This document shows, piece by piece, positions 1 to 13,106 of a stretch of 64,000 nt of DNA (position 1 is its first letter; each line of letters starts with the position of its first letter). The notes under the pieces were generated by a model, which saw only the letters and a list, made by a program, of their open reading frames with translations, searched no databases and had not been told where the DNA came from. The stretch covers positions 386,384,001-386,448,000 of the forward strand of contig OZ024741.1 of the NCBI GenBank assembly GCA_964016885.1, read 5' to 3'. The DNA comes from Eledone cirrhosa. Lineage: Eukaryota. The position numbers and the translations under genes are program-made.

Positions 1-952
1 TCCCATTCTGAAGGCGGATGTGGTCCGGGATTGTCTTCACATTCTCGAGCCTGATCTGGAGAAGGATCTCCAGGTCAACCCCGGACCACTCCTCTCTGGC
101 CGTTCTGGTCACTTCTATAGGGACGGTATCCGTTCCTTCCACAATCACACATCCCATAAGCCACCACATGTCAAGTCCTGGTGGGATTCTGGGAATGCGG
201 AGACAGGCCGTTCTTTTTCCCATGTGGGAGGGGTACATCATGACCTTGCTGGTTTTGCAAGGAGTCATGGCGTGTTTCATAGCGAGGGCTTCTGACTTGA
301 ACAACACCGAAATGGTGCCGTACTGTCTGCCCCTCTCTATGTACTGGGTGTTTTCTCTGATGCACCTCAGCGCGACTTCGACATCTTCTTGTGGGATTAA
401 AGCTGCCCATTTTGTTTGTGCTGAGATGCATCTATAATGCACCGTTCTGCGCTCCACTGCCTCAATAACATCTACCGGGACAGTTAATTTAGCCCAAGTT
501 TGCTCTTGCTTGATGAGCTTCCGTGCCTGGGCCAACTTTTCACCTTTGTTTTTTCATCTGTATTTTCGTTGTAGCTGTTACTGTCATTTTTTTTTCAAAA
601 TTAGAGTTCTCATTGGTATCATTGTGTCGTTGTTTACCTTGTCTGTGGTGGTGTTTGTGTTATCAATTTGTGTTAATTTCGCTGTAGCGCTCCTCTCAAC
701 TTCTACGTCGTTGTCGCACGACAGAAGACATATCGCTGGGGGCGTGGCTCAGCCATGTTTTTTTTTTTCTCCGTAAATTTTTTAACATGTAAAAAAAGTT
801 CAAATATTTGGGCCAAAAGGCCCAAATATTATACTTTCCCCTTCAGGGGCAAAGTCTAATCCCTTACACAACAAGAAATATTTAACAATAAATAATTTTA
901 ACAGTCAAATAAAGCGACTTACTGGGAGCGAGCAAAATACGTCCGCTTAGAC
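1..952 (-). mobile_element. 5' part of an L1/Tx1-like LINE (5'UTR + ORF1 remnant), continuing past the window start
   Basis: Minus-strand translation of ~1-510 (…VHYRCISAQTKWAALIPQEDVEVALRCIRENTQYIERGRQYGTISVLF…YPSHMGKRTACLRIPRIPPGLDMWWLMGC…) aligns by eye with ORF1 of the LINE at 24900-25470 (…LIYRTVAIKSKRPELAPQSKCEKALEGI…YPSYRRRATARVRIVGIPSVLNVWWVLAC…). The 5' end abuts (AAT)n at 953-972. Confidence 0.65.
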
Positions 953-974
953 CAATAATAATAATAATAATACT

Positions 975-3835
975 TTCTTTATTAACCACAAGGGTTTACA
1001 TTAAGTAGACATTATGGACAGTACAGGACAATACAGGGCGGTACAAATGGGCATTTCTGCGTGTAAAAAACAAAAAACAGAGGATGTAACAAAAAATAAC
1101 AATGAAAAATTCCCCAATAGGGGGGAGACTTTCGAAGGACATTTGTTGAAAAAGCCCATTAAAAGGCCACAGTGACCCTGACCACCAGGGCAAGTGCTCT
1201 CTCCCAGTTTTCCACCTTTAATTCACAGACACATACTTAGAGTAGGCCCATTCACCCGGGCCATTCTTGCTTCTCTGACACTTCTTTCAACAAAATGCTG
1301 GGAAGAGAGCACTTCCCTCTCTACCCTGATTTTCCTTTTCAAATGAAATTTGAAAAAGTTAATCAGGGCATCACCGAAGAGGTAAGTGCTCGTCTTCAGC
1401 CCTTTCAAACGTGTCCACCATACTATCTCTTTCGCCATGGCCACCAGACAGATAAAAACTGCCGCCCTTCCCGGCTAAAGGAAGAGGGCAGGGCAATACT
1501 CACGATGGACTCAGCTGATAGCTGGATCCGTCCTACACGCGACAGCAGGTGTTCGACATAAACCCACAAGCCAGCAATTCTCGGACACAGGACGAGTGCG
1601 TGCAGGACGGTTTCGTCGCCCTGCGCGCATCTCGGACATGCCCGGCTGACGGCACCTCCATGCCTGTAGAGTTTATCCCGAACTGGCAAAGCTCCTCGGT
1701 AGCACTGCCAGGCCAGGGATTTCTGGATGTTGTCCATAGGCCCCGGCCCGAAAGTTCTTCCGAAGAGATTGGCTAGTTGATTTTCGTCGACGCCTAGAGT
1801 ACCCCAAGTACGTCGTCGCTCCCCTCCACACACTAATCCTCTATAGAACGCCAAGGTGAAGTTTCCACCGATCACATTGCCCGATTGGTCGAGGGCTGTG
1901 AGCGCCTGAAGACATTCCAGTCTCCAAGCACTCCCACTCGGTCTTCGCTTGACCCAGGACTGCAGCTCCGTCAAGGAGACGAGCTGGGGAAAGACGCGTC
2001 TAGCAAACGGCGACCACACCTGATCACCGTCGAGGAAGAGGTGGAGATGTTGTAGCTGAGCGCGTGTCTGCGCATCATCAGCCACGGCATGCCAGCCCTC
2101 CACGTAGCGGGTGTTGACAGCAGATGGACCGCCTGACCATCGGAGCGCGTCCCTTCCACAAAAAGCGAAAGAGCAAACGCTCCAGCGCAGTCAGGGAGGC
2201 TTAGGACAAGGTACGACGGTCAGGCGGTAGTAGATGACGGACGCAATGTACGCGTTAGCCACCTCCGCTCAACCTTTCAGGGATAGCTTCCTCTCCGCCC
2301 ATTTCTGGGTGAGAGAAGCCACCCTGCTCGTCACCTCGTCCCCGTTTTTGTCCGGCTGGAGGTCCGGACCGAACCAGACCCCTAGCAATTTCACCGGTCC
2401 GTCCAGCGCCCGACAACGCTGTTGGACGGCATGGACCTGCCTCTCCAGGTGCCGATCGCCTCGATGTGTTTGGCGTTCGACACCACTACGATGACATCGT
2501 CCGCATATGCTGACACGGATCTTCCACATCCTAGTTCGCGCGGGATCCCTCTCAACGTCTCCAGTTTGTGCAGTAATGGCTCGAGAGTCAATACGTACAA
2601 GAGGGACGAGAGGGGACATCCTTGGTGGACCGAGCGAATGATGTTGAACGGTTCCGAAAGGTGACCGTTCACTCTCACCACAGAGCAGATGTCGCCTCTG
2701 AAGACGGGCCCAAAGCCAGCCGCCCTCAGGACTGTCGCTAGGTAACGATGGTCGACCCTATCGAAAGCTTTCGACTGATCTAAATTGATCAAGGACCCAC
2801 CCGTGTCAGGTTCCCTAGCTACCCTCTCTACGATGTATCGCATGAAGTGGAGGTTGTCGTGGATGGATCTGTCGGGAATGGCGCATGTCTACGCCTCTCC
2901 CACCAGACTACCAACGACAAGCGCCAACCTCTTTGCTAGCACCTTGGCCAAAATCTTGAACTCTGTGTTTAGCAGAGTTATGGGCCGGAAATTATCTATG
3001 TTATCCCCCTTGTTCGGATCCTTTCTCAGCAGCACCACCGCTCCTCGGCTCACAGAGCTGGGAATTCTCCCGTTCTGTTGCCAGTTGCAGTAGACGTCCA
3101 CCAAGAGGCCTCCGAACAAGTCTGGCATCTGTACGTAAAGTTCATAGGGCAGACCATCCAAACCAGGCGATTTACCCCTTGTGCAGCCAGTCATTTCCTC
3201 CCGTATTTCAGCGGCTGTTATCGGCTTTTCGTAACACTCCGCCTCAATGGCCGAGAGCCGCGGCAGTCCGTCGAGGTAGACACTAAAGTCCATCCCTCGA
3301 CCCGGTCCGCCGCTGCCCCCGAACAGCTGAGCGAAGTGTCGCTGAAAAATTTCACACATTTGCCTGGGTTCGAGTAGCATGTGCCCGTCGTGGTCCACCA
3401 AAGACCGGATCGTGGCTTTGTTTCCACGACGCGCCTCCGCCACTCGGGCCCATTGAACGGCTTTCGTCCCCTCGTGTCTGAGAGCACGCACCCTAGCTCT
3501 GACAACGCAGCCTTCGTGCTTTGCATTGAAGAATTGGTCAAGGGCCAATTTCGCCGCAAGTACGTCGGTCGCGATGCCTTTGCTAAGCGCCTCGTTCAAT
3601 TTTGGTGTAGCTGTGAGTCGTCCATGATTTTTTCAAAGAAATTTTTTGTTTGATAATTATAAAAGTTTAAATTTTGAGCTCAAGGCCGCAATCTTTTTGA
3701 GTGTCCTTTTCCGAAAGCAAATTTTGTGACTTTATAAGTTAATAACAAAAATTTTCCAGAAATGGCAATTTTAAACAAACGAAAACAACAAACCTTTGCG
3801 GAGCTCACGATGATACGTTTCCTACGTAGGTTGCC
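975..3835 (-). mobile_element. L1/Tx1-like LINE, internally deleted and frameshifted (RT + zf-RVT + 3'UTR)
   Basis: ORF pieces 2889-3599 (GKSPGLDGLPYELY, NFRPITLLNTEFKILAKVLA), 2391-2843 (LDQSKAFDRVDH, QGCPLSSLLY, AYADDV) and 1423-2103 (CPRC…ETVLHALVLCP). The 3' end has AATAAA next to (ATT)n. The 5'UTR (3620-3835) is joined directly to mid-ORF2. Confidence 0.88.
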
Positions 3836-3888
<53 letters not shown>

Positions 3889-3891
<3 letters not shown>

Positions 3892-4090
3892 AAAAGATAG
3901 TACTAATGGGAACTGCCCATATACTTAGGAAGATTCTGTCAATATAAGTACATCACAAGTCTAAACACTAAAGATGCATGTGTGAGTATGTATGTTCTTT
4001 CTTGAACATGGCGGACCTTGTTGTCTCTTGAGGTCACTGGTTGTGACTTGGTGATAACTCGTATGAACATAAAGCAAGATAAATGCAACT
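3889..4090 (+). mobile_element. 3' terminal fragment of an R4/Dong-like (restriction-like endonuclease) non-LTR element
   Basis: Encodes QKIVLMGTAHILRKILSI*, resembling the R4/Dong C-terminal motif QK..LLGTA.ILR.VL. Flanked on both sides by (TAA)n, the known Dong target. Confidence 0.55.
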
Positions 4091-4137
<47 letters not shown>

Positions 4138-4325
4138 TGTTTCTACTTTAGGCACAAGGCCAGCAAATAATCCAGTGCATTACTGGTACTTTATTTTATC
4201 GACCCCGTAAGGATGAAAGGCAAAGTCAACCTCGGCGGCATTTGAACTCAGAATCCCGCCGAGGTTAACTTTGCCTTTCATCCTTATAGGGGTCGATAAA
4301 ATAAAGTACCAGTAATACACTGGGT
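4138..4325. mobile_element. Two partial SINE copies in inverted (fold-back) orientation
   Basis: The SINE core GCCGAGGTTAACTTTGCCTTTCATCCTT..GGGGTCGATAAAATAAAGTACCAG occurs on minus at ~4180-4250 and on plus at ~4253-4325. Confidence 0.75.
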
Positions 4326-4327
4326 AG

Positions 4328-5755
4328 CTTTCTTTATTAAACACAAGGGTTGACAATGTATAACATTAAGGACAATACAGGATGCTACAATTGGCATTTC
4401 TGCGTGTAAAAAAACACCCCAAAACAGAGGATGTAACAAAAAAGAAACAATGAAAATTCCCCAATAGGAGGGCGACCTCCGAGGGACATTCGTGGAGAAT
4501 GCCCATTAAAAAAGCCACGGTGACGCTGACCACCAGAGCAAATGCCCTCTCTCAGTTTTACACCTTCAATCTACAGGCGCATACACAGAGTAGGCCCATT
4601 CACTCGGGCCATGTTTGCCTCTCTCACCCATCTTTCAACAAAATGCTGGGAAAGGAGCAATTCCCTCTCTACCCTTATTTTCCTTTTCAAATGAAATCGG
4701 GTTAATCGGGGCATCACCGAAGAGGTAAGTGCTCATCTTCAGCTCTTTCAAACGCGTCCACCACACTATCTCTTTCGCCATGGCCACCAGACAGATAAAA
4801 ACTGCCTGCCCTTCCCGGCTAAAGGAAGACACGCGACAGCAGGTGTTCGACATAAACCCACAATGCTCGGACACTTGACAAGTGCGTGCGGGACGGTTTC
4901 ATCGCCCTACGCGCATCTCGGACATGCCCGGCTGACGGCACTTCCATGCCTGTAGATTTTATCCCGAACTGGCAAAGCTCCTCGGTAGCACTGCCAGGCC
5001 AGGGATTTCTGGAAGTTGCCCATAGGCCCCGACCCACAAGTTCTCCCGAAGAGATTGGCTAGTTTATTTTCGTCGACGCGTAGAGTTTCCCCAAGTACGT
5101 CATCGCTTTTCCCCTCCACTAAACCTCTATAGAGCGACAAGATCGCATTGCCCGACTGGTCGAAGGCTCTAAGCTCCTGAAGACATTCCAGTCTCCAAGC
5201 GCTCCCTCTCAGTCTTCGCTTGACCCAGGACTGCAGCTCCGTCAAGGAGACGAGCTGGGGAAAGACGCGTGTAGCAAATGGCGACCACACCTGATCACCA
5301 GGAAGAGGCGGAGATGTAGCCTGAGCGCGTGTCTGCGCATCATCAGTCACGGCATGCTCAGCCCTCCACGTAGCGGGTGTTGACAGCAGATGGACCGCCT
5401 GACCATCGGAGCGCGCCCCTTCCACACGAAGCGAAAGCGCAAACGCCCCAGCGCAGTCTGGCGAGGCTTAGGACAAGGCACGATGGTCAGGTGGTAGTAG
5501 ATGACGGACGCGATGTACACATTCGCCACCTCCACTCGACCTTTCAGGGATAGCTTCCTCTCTGCCCATTTCTGGGTGAGAGAAGCCACCCTGCTCGTCA
5601 CCTCGTCCCAGTTTTTGTCCGTCTAGAGGTCCGGACCGAACCAGACCCCTAGCAATTTAACCGGTCCGTCCGTCCAGCGCCCGACGACGCTGTTGGACGG
5701 CATGGACCTGCCTCTCCAGGTGCCGAGCTGCAGGCCCACTGACTTTTCCTGGTTG
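4328..5755 (-). mobile_element. 5'-truncated copy of the same L1/Tx1-like LINE as 975-3835
   Basis: Near-colinear with 980-2450 (LAWQCYRGALPVRDK, WAERKLSLKGR). The 5' break is next to (AAT)n at 5759-5772. Confidence 0.85.
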
Positions 5756-6769
5756 ATCATAATAATAATAACAACAACGGAAAACATTGAATAATGCAGT
5801 ACCAGGTGGACTATATCTAAAAAAGAAAACATGATGATCACGCATGGAACGCTTTTGATCAGTTCAATAAGGGTTCTGATACTAAACAACAACAAAAAAA
5901 AAAACGTTCTCTTTTCACGGATAAAACTATAGCCTTAAAAACACACATACAAAAAACATACAGAAAACTTGAAAGAAAAAATACTGCACTATTAATGTAT
6001 TTATCATTTCAGTCCGTTATGTACCTGTGATATTTGTAATAGAAGCTTCGAGCGTTCATCTGGATTTCCTGCACTCAGAATATGTAAGGATGTGTTCGGA
6101 ATCCCAGCAGTTTTGGTGCGATTAATAACGTGTTCGAAGAAGTGTAAAAGTCATATCTAATGAAAAATGACCAATGATCATGCAAATTTCAAAATAAATC
6201 TTCATACAATGGCATGGTTTTTGTTGTTTATTGCAGTTGTTGTTGTTGTTGTTGTTGCAACTATAACCTAGGTTGGACAATGCTTTGTGAATGAAATTTG
6301 GTAGATGGTAACTATATGGAAACCCATTGTTTATATACGTATATGTATATGTGTGTGTGTATGTCCATGTGCTATTTCAGATCCCGTAACCTAGCGATTC
6401 AACAAGAAGAGATCGATAAAATAAATATCAGTCATAAGAATAATCTATACTGTGGTGCGATTTGATCGATTAAAAACTTACAAGCCATGTTCCTGTGTGC
6501 TCGCAGTCTCATGATTGAAACCAATAACAGAATTGTTTGGGGGTGGAACGCTTTAAGAAGTTTGAACATTAATCGTAAAGTAATGGTTTTTCTTTAAATT
6601 CGTCTTTAAATTTGTCCTTGCGCATGACAAGGGAGGACAATTGCGGAACCGCTACTACACTATGCAGTGGTAGCTATAACTGGATCCCGAAATCTAATGT
6701 CACACATACATGTTAAGTGTTTGAACTTTGATATGAATTATATATATATATCTATTTATTTATGTAATA

Positions 6770-7002
6770 AACAACATAAGATAGTTATTTCATTTACCAG
6801 TGGTTTCTTGAAATAGGTTTTCAAATCCACATTTAATAAAAACACCAGGATTTTTTCATTCTGACGACTGAAAGCAGATTTGTTTGCTTTCAAGAAACCA
6901 CTGGTAAATGAAGTAATTATCTTATGTTGTTTATTACATAACTAATAAGCTCTGTAACCTACATAGAGCACTCTTTTTTCCTGGACCTTTCCGACGGAAT
7001 TA

Positions 7003-7005
<3 letters not shown>
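6770..7005 (+). mobile_element. Short PLE 3'-end/pLTR with inverted upstream tail, inserted in (TA)n
   Basis: 6770-6813 is the reverse complement of 6892-6940. It contains an HHR. A second copy lies at 7523-7770. Confidence 0.65.
6855..6912 (+). ncRNA. Type I hammerhead ribozyme
   Basis: TTCATT-CTGACGA-C TGAAAGCA..TGCTTTCA A-GAAA-CCA C TGG-TA-AATGAA. Stems I, II and III pair; the cleavage triplet is GUA. Confidence 0.8.
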
Positions 7006-7059
<54 letters not shown>

Positions 7060-7224
7060 TTAACGAGGTATCATTTAAGGCAATCCAAGTAAAGGTTATG
7101 AGTACTCTGTATCGAGGATAGTTCTAATGTTCGGCGTTGTTTGACTCAACAAGAAGTTTACTTAGTTGTGGTGTTCGGGTGGCCGATTCCTGACAGTTTC
7201 TAGGTAAGCAGTTCCTGGAGTATT

Positions 7225-7468
7225 AATAATAAAGGAGTGAAGAATAACACGAATCACCTGTACAGTAGGATTTATTCCAAGTATTAACAATGTTTCATTT
7301 GTCCGGTATTTTGAGAATTTGGTTGGATATAAACTCTAATTAAAATCGAGTGCCACGGCACACTGCGGAATGCGGTTTTTAGACGCACAAGAACAATGAA
7401 ACATTTGTTAATACTTGGTATAAATCCTACTGTACAGTCGATCAATGTTATTCTTCACTCCTTTATTA
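7225..7468. repeat. Inverted repeat (~75 bp arms) between (TA)n tracts, probable truncated PLE tail
   Basis: ATAATAAAGGAGTGAAGAATAACA..CAATGTTTCATT (7225-7300) versus its reverse complement at 7395-7468. Confidence 0.6.
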
Positions 7469-7469
7469 T

Positions 7470-7521
<52 letters not shown>

Positions 7522-7617
7522 CTATGCAATAAACAACATAAGATAATTATTTCATTTACCAGTGGTTTCTTGAAAGCAAACACAATTTGCTTTCAGTCAT
7601 CCTGGACACCAGGATTT

Positions 7618-7678
7618 TTTCATTCTGATGACTGAAAGCAAATTTTGTTTGCTTTCAAGAAACCACTGGTAAATGAAA
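7618..7678 (+). ncRNA. Type I hammerhead ribozyme (second copy of the 6855 family)
   Basis: TTTCATT-CTGATGA-CTGAAAGCAAA..TTTGCTTTCAA-GAAA-CCACTGG-TA-AATGAAA. Confidence 0.82.
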
Positions 7679-7780
7679 TAATTATCTTATGTTGGTTATT
7701 ACATAACTATTAAGCTCTGTAACCTACATAGAGCACTCTTTTTTCCTGGACCTTTCCGACGGAATTACTTCATTCACACA

Positions 7781-7901
<121 letters not shown>

Positions 7902-8140
7902 ACACACATACACACACACACATATATATATATATCGACGCCACCCCATCTATGGCTCAACTAACCACTCGACTCCCGGGAATGAATATGACCGCAGCTA
8001 GTAAACAAGGACCCACACCCCACCCCCCGCACCAAAATTAGACTTATCGTCCCCTGCTTTTGCTCTTTACTCTCTTTACTCTCTTTACTCTTTGTTCTTG
8101 AATGTTTGGTTGGTAGAGTCCATAACACCAATCAAACCCC

Positions 8141-8200
8141 TTTTATAGCGCTGACGAATCCTACGGTTACGTAAGGAAGAAACATTGTAAGCCAATAAAA
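8141..8200 (+). ncRNA. HHR motif in the 5' pLTR (stem I mismatch)
   Basis: TTTTATAGCG-CTGACGA-ATCCTACGGTTACGTAAGGAA-GAAA-CATTG-TA-AGCCAATAAAA. Confidence 0.6.
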
Positions 8201-8403
8201 ATCTTTTGATGTTGTAGACGCTCTTGTGTTCTTTATCATATATACGGCTCTGCTCCAAAGCATAGAGCTAATTATTATGCTGCCAATACCTTAATGGGAC
8301 ACGGGTATACAATATCTAACTCCTATTAACCTAAGTATTTCTACGGCTCCCCCCGGTTGAGCTAAATCCTTATAACCTGTCCACCTTGTGTGTATGATTA
8401 TAA

Positions 8404-10956
8404 TTGATTGGCAGCATGCTAACTAAAGACTACCTACCTATATCACTCAAGAACATCCCAACCCCATCCAGGACTACTTATGAGAAATTACTGATAGCTA
8501 GTGTCAACTCCTTCGTTAAGCGTATTAGATGGCGCACTTTCCACTTCGATAAGAGAAATAAGAAATCAACCACGGTGTCCCCCAATAATAAATTCGGTTT
8601 TAAAACCTATAGGAGCCCGCCCCATAACTCCATGCTAGAAGGATTTGAGAATGACCTCCTATCACTAGTAAGGGATATTAAGTTTAAAAACCCCATGGGA
8701 ATAGCAACAAATTCCGGATGAAACTGGAAACCTTAGTTAAGGGCTTTAACGATAAAAGAGATATCCTGGTCACCTCGGATAAAACCAGAAATATTTATAG
8801 CTTAAATTATGATACGTATCGCAGGTTTATATACAATGAATTAAATAGAAACTATAAAAAGACAACAAGCGCAAACCTAGATGAAATTAATAAGGAAGCA
8901 TGCGCCATAGTGGATAAACTAGGCCTGGAAAAGTATACCCAACCATATACCCCTAGGAAACCCAGGTTCACCCTTAAAGACCATAAGGCTGACTTCATTA
9001 GTAAACCCTCTGTTAGATTAATTAGCCCATCGAAGTCAGATATAGGGATTATCAGTAAGAACATTTTAGACGGCGTTATACCTACCATCAGGAGGAAAAT
9101 AAATCTAGAGCTATGGGAGAATACGGAAGAGGTTTTGAAATGGTTCTCAAGCCTTAGCAACCATAAATCCCTTAAATTTATACAATTCGACATCGATGCG
9201 TACTACGCCCCAATCTCCCCCATACTCCTTAATAAGGCCCTAATCATGGCCATGCAGAAAAGTGACCTCACTAGGTCCCAAATTGATGTCATTCTTGCGG
9301 CCCGGAAAACGATAATCACATTTGAGGACGAATTGTGGACCCGCAAGAATACGCCCAATAACTTCGACATCACAATGAGATCTAGTGACTCTGCACAAGT
9401 AACGGACCTGGTAGGATTGTACCTCTTAAAGAAGTTACATGAGACATTACCGCACCTGAAGGGCGGCTTATATCGTGATGACGCCCTCCTCACTCTCGAG
9501 TATAAAAAGTGCAATATAGAAAGAACTAGGAAACAGTTACGTAGGTTCTTTAAAAGCTTTAATCTAAGTATTACCATAGATGCAAATGACAAAACAGTAA
9601 ACTTCCTAGACGCCACCCTTGACTTAGAAACTAAAACATTTGCACCCTACCATAAACCTAATGATAGACTAACATATGTAAACGCCAGCTCCAACCACCC
9701 CAAATCAGTCCTAAACGCTATTCCCAGGGGGGTCTCTAATAGAATTATCAGACTGTCCTGTAATGAGAGTATCTTCAACTCCAATGCAGAGTATTATGAC
9801 AGGGCCCTAGCAGAATCTGGTTACGGGAATAGATTATCATATATACATAAGGACTCCCAAACCATGAGTGTGAAACCTACCAACATAATCACACACAGTA
9901 TGGCCACAAAGCCTAACCAACTTAGAGGCAAGAATAATAGTAAGAACCCTAATGGCGGTAACCCAGATAAATGTAAACCACGTAGAGACAATTCTAGAGT
10001 TCCTCACCACAACTCTAAAACAGCAAATGATCATGCCATGAATATAAACCATCTGGGCTTAAGCAAAACAGACAACGCCACTAACGTTAATAACGGAACC
10101 CTACAAAATAGTATGCACAGTAACGAGACTCACCCCACAGATAAGAAAAATAGAAGAAGGAAAAACATGTATTTTAACCCACCTTTTAACTCTGAGGTCC
10201 TCACTAACCTCCCCAGAGTATTCTTCTCATTATTAGAAAAAAACTTCCCACTAGGCAATAGATATCGCAACATTTTTAACAAAAACGTGATTAAATTATA
10301 CTATTCGACCACACCTAACCTCGCATCACACCTAGCACGCACGAACATTAGGAAAACTAGGGAAGGTTTCGAAGCAATTAAAATGGCAGTTAACCACCAG
10401 CAAACGACTACACTGGAAAATGGGCAACATAATAGCATCACTGAGCCATCTAATGATATAGAGGCACCTAGTGATAATGCTAGTAACCAAAGTTCGGGAG
10501 GTACGCTAACTGATCGAACCCGCAGTTGCAATTGTAGGCAGAGTAGTAATTGTCCCCTAAGGGGGGGCTTGCCTCATGAAAAACATCGTATATGCATGTG
10601 ACGTAACCACACACAACTCTACCAAAACATATATAGGATCAACGTCCAATACATTTAAAACTAGATTTAACGCGCATATATACAGATTTAGACACGGTAG
10701 ACATAAGAATGCCACCTCACTGGAGGGATACATCTCCTTTTTAAAAAATAATAGTACCCCATACAAACTTTTTTGGAAGAAGCTTACTAGATCCACGCCA
10801 TACCGACCGCAGAGCAGGAGTTGTGACCTGTGTTTACTGGAATGCCATGCCATAATACACTCTAAACTGAACCTGCTTAACAGGAAATCGGAAATTTTCT
10901 CCTCTTCCCAACACCAAATCCTGAGTTCCTTCTTCTATTTTAAACCTAGCACATAG
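8404..10956 (+). pseudogene. PLE reverse transcriptase + GIY-YIG endonuclease, two frameshifts (~8710, ~10570)
   Basis: Motifs FIQFDIDAYY, FDITMRSSDSAQVTDLVG, GLYRDDAL, VNFLDATLDL, YVNASSNHP; linker CNCRQSSNCPL; endonuclease IVYACDV…TYIGSTSNTFKTRFNAH…CDLCLLE…LLNRKSE. Confidence 0.88.
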
Positions 10957-13008
10957 ACGTAACATATATTACGCAACCCCCACCACGACATACCCCTCCT
11001 TGACTATAGCTTCCCTCCCAACCCATAACCCAGATAGATAGGTAGCCTAAGGGTGGAACAGTCCCCTACAAGGTTTGTGTTTGTGTGTGTGTGTGTATGT
11101 GTGTGCGTGTGTGTGTGTGTATATTCTCCTTTTCTCTCTCACACACACATATGTATATATGTGTGTGTACGTGTGTGCATGCATGCATGCATGTGTATGT
11201 GTATTGTATACATGCATATTGTATATATATATATGTATATTGTATACATGTGTATTATATTGTGTGTATGTGTATATGTGATATGTATGTATATATATAT
11301 ATGTATGTGTATATGTGTATATGTGTGTGTATGATATGTATATATGTGTGTATGTATATTTTTTCTGTAGAAGTCTTCTCTATATGTGGTGTTTGGCATG
11401 AATTCCTCCTATAATACTCTTCTTTGAGTGGAGCACGATATGTAGAGTAACACATATGTATTGTCGCAGTTGAAACTGAGAACCACCACCCCTCCTGCTG
11501 ACCCAAATGTTTACTGAGGACCAGAACACCATTCTCTACAATATAAGAGAGGAATGCGCTTGCCGGACTATTGATGACCAAAACATCACATTCCAAGGTA
11601 ATGGCAAAACACAGTGAATGGTAAACACGACCAGAACACCACAACATGCACATCGGAGCAACAGAGATATAATATCAATAAGCGAATCAATTGAATTTTT
11701 TGAGTTGAAATACATATAAATATGTGTCTGTGTATATCGGACACACGTACACATGAAGAAACTGCTGACCTAAATGTACCTGTCATGCCTGTCTGAATTC
11801 CTAAGAGAATTTTCGGTCAGTTACTATCTTGACCGATTACCCTCACAATTACTACGTAGCGGTTCTTGCACGTGACTGCTAGACCCGGATGAAACGAAGA
11901 CGAAGAATTTCCTTGCGTACCGTTTTGTACCACAGATGTGATCTCACTATGCCTCGTTAATGTTCAATCAACACCAAAGTTCTACGTTCGGGCAATAGAA
12001 TTGAATCCAACCACCAACAACATAGTTGGATGACCGATAATCACACCAAACTGGAGTACTGTGATCCTTGTGATTTCGAGATATACAACCACTGATACTG
12101 TTACGAAGACCAGAAAACCATACTCCATAATATTGAACCAAGTGATTGATTTGTGCGACCAAAATAACACCACACACATATTGAACTAGGAATATTGGAT
12201 CCTCCGTCAATGTCTGGGTGAGCAAAAATAGATTTCTATCTGCATTGGAATTTACGAACTTGTCAAAAACAAACGCACATGACCGCACAGATGAACAATG
12301 GACTATGCCACGTGGGTTGAACCTGCAAGTGAATTGAAGGATGTGTAACTATGATATACAGATTATTTATTATTAAGATGTATAAACTTGACATAACTAT
12401 TATAATCTTATATTCTCTCAACTAATCACATTTGATTATATTTCTCTATCCCGTTTTCTCCCCCATATTTATATTTTTATTTGAAAAAATCGTTTTTTTT
12501 ACATTGTGTTTTTCCCTTTCTAATACTTGCTTATATTTCTTTATATATTCTCTATATATTTTTTTATATATTTTTTTTTATCTTTATTCTTATTTTCACT
12601 TTTATCCTCCTTTATATTTTACCTTATTCTTACTTTTATACCTTATTATAGTGTAATCTTCCCCATGCCTTATTATACATTATTAATTATAGATTATTAT
12701 TATTACTCTTTTTCCATTTCTAATTACCTCATGTACTTTCTCCTCCGTTATATATATATTGTATGCCCTTTGTGTGTGTGTAGCCTCTGCACACCCTCTG
12801 CACCCTACTATCGACGCCACCCCATCTATGGCTCAACTAACCACTCGACTCCCGGGAATGAATATGACCGCAGCTAGTAAACAAGGACCCACACCCCACC
12901 CTCCCGCACCAAAATTAGACTTATCATCCCCTGCTTTTGCTTTTTACTCTCTTTACTCTTTGTTCTTGAATGTTTGGTTGGTAGAGTCCATAACACCAAT
13001 CAAACCCC

Positions 13009-13068
13009 TTTTATAGCTCTGACGAATCCTACGGTTACGTAAGGAAGTAACATTGTAAGCCAATAAAA
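13009..13068 (+). ncRNA. HHR motif in the 3' pLTR (core GAAA mutated to GTAA)
   Basis: TAGCT-CTGACGA-ATCCTACGGTTACGTAAGGAA-GTAA-CATTG-TA-AGC. Stem I GCT/AGC pairs in this copy. Confidence 0.5.
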
Positions 13069-13106
13069 ATCTTTTGATGTTGTAGACGCTCTTGTGTTCT
13101 TTATCA

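Noticed and set aside
7395-7420. GAAA-CATTTG-TT half of a hammerhead
   Set aside because: The CTGANGA half is absent on both arms.
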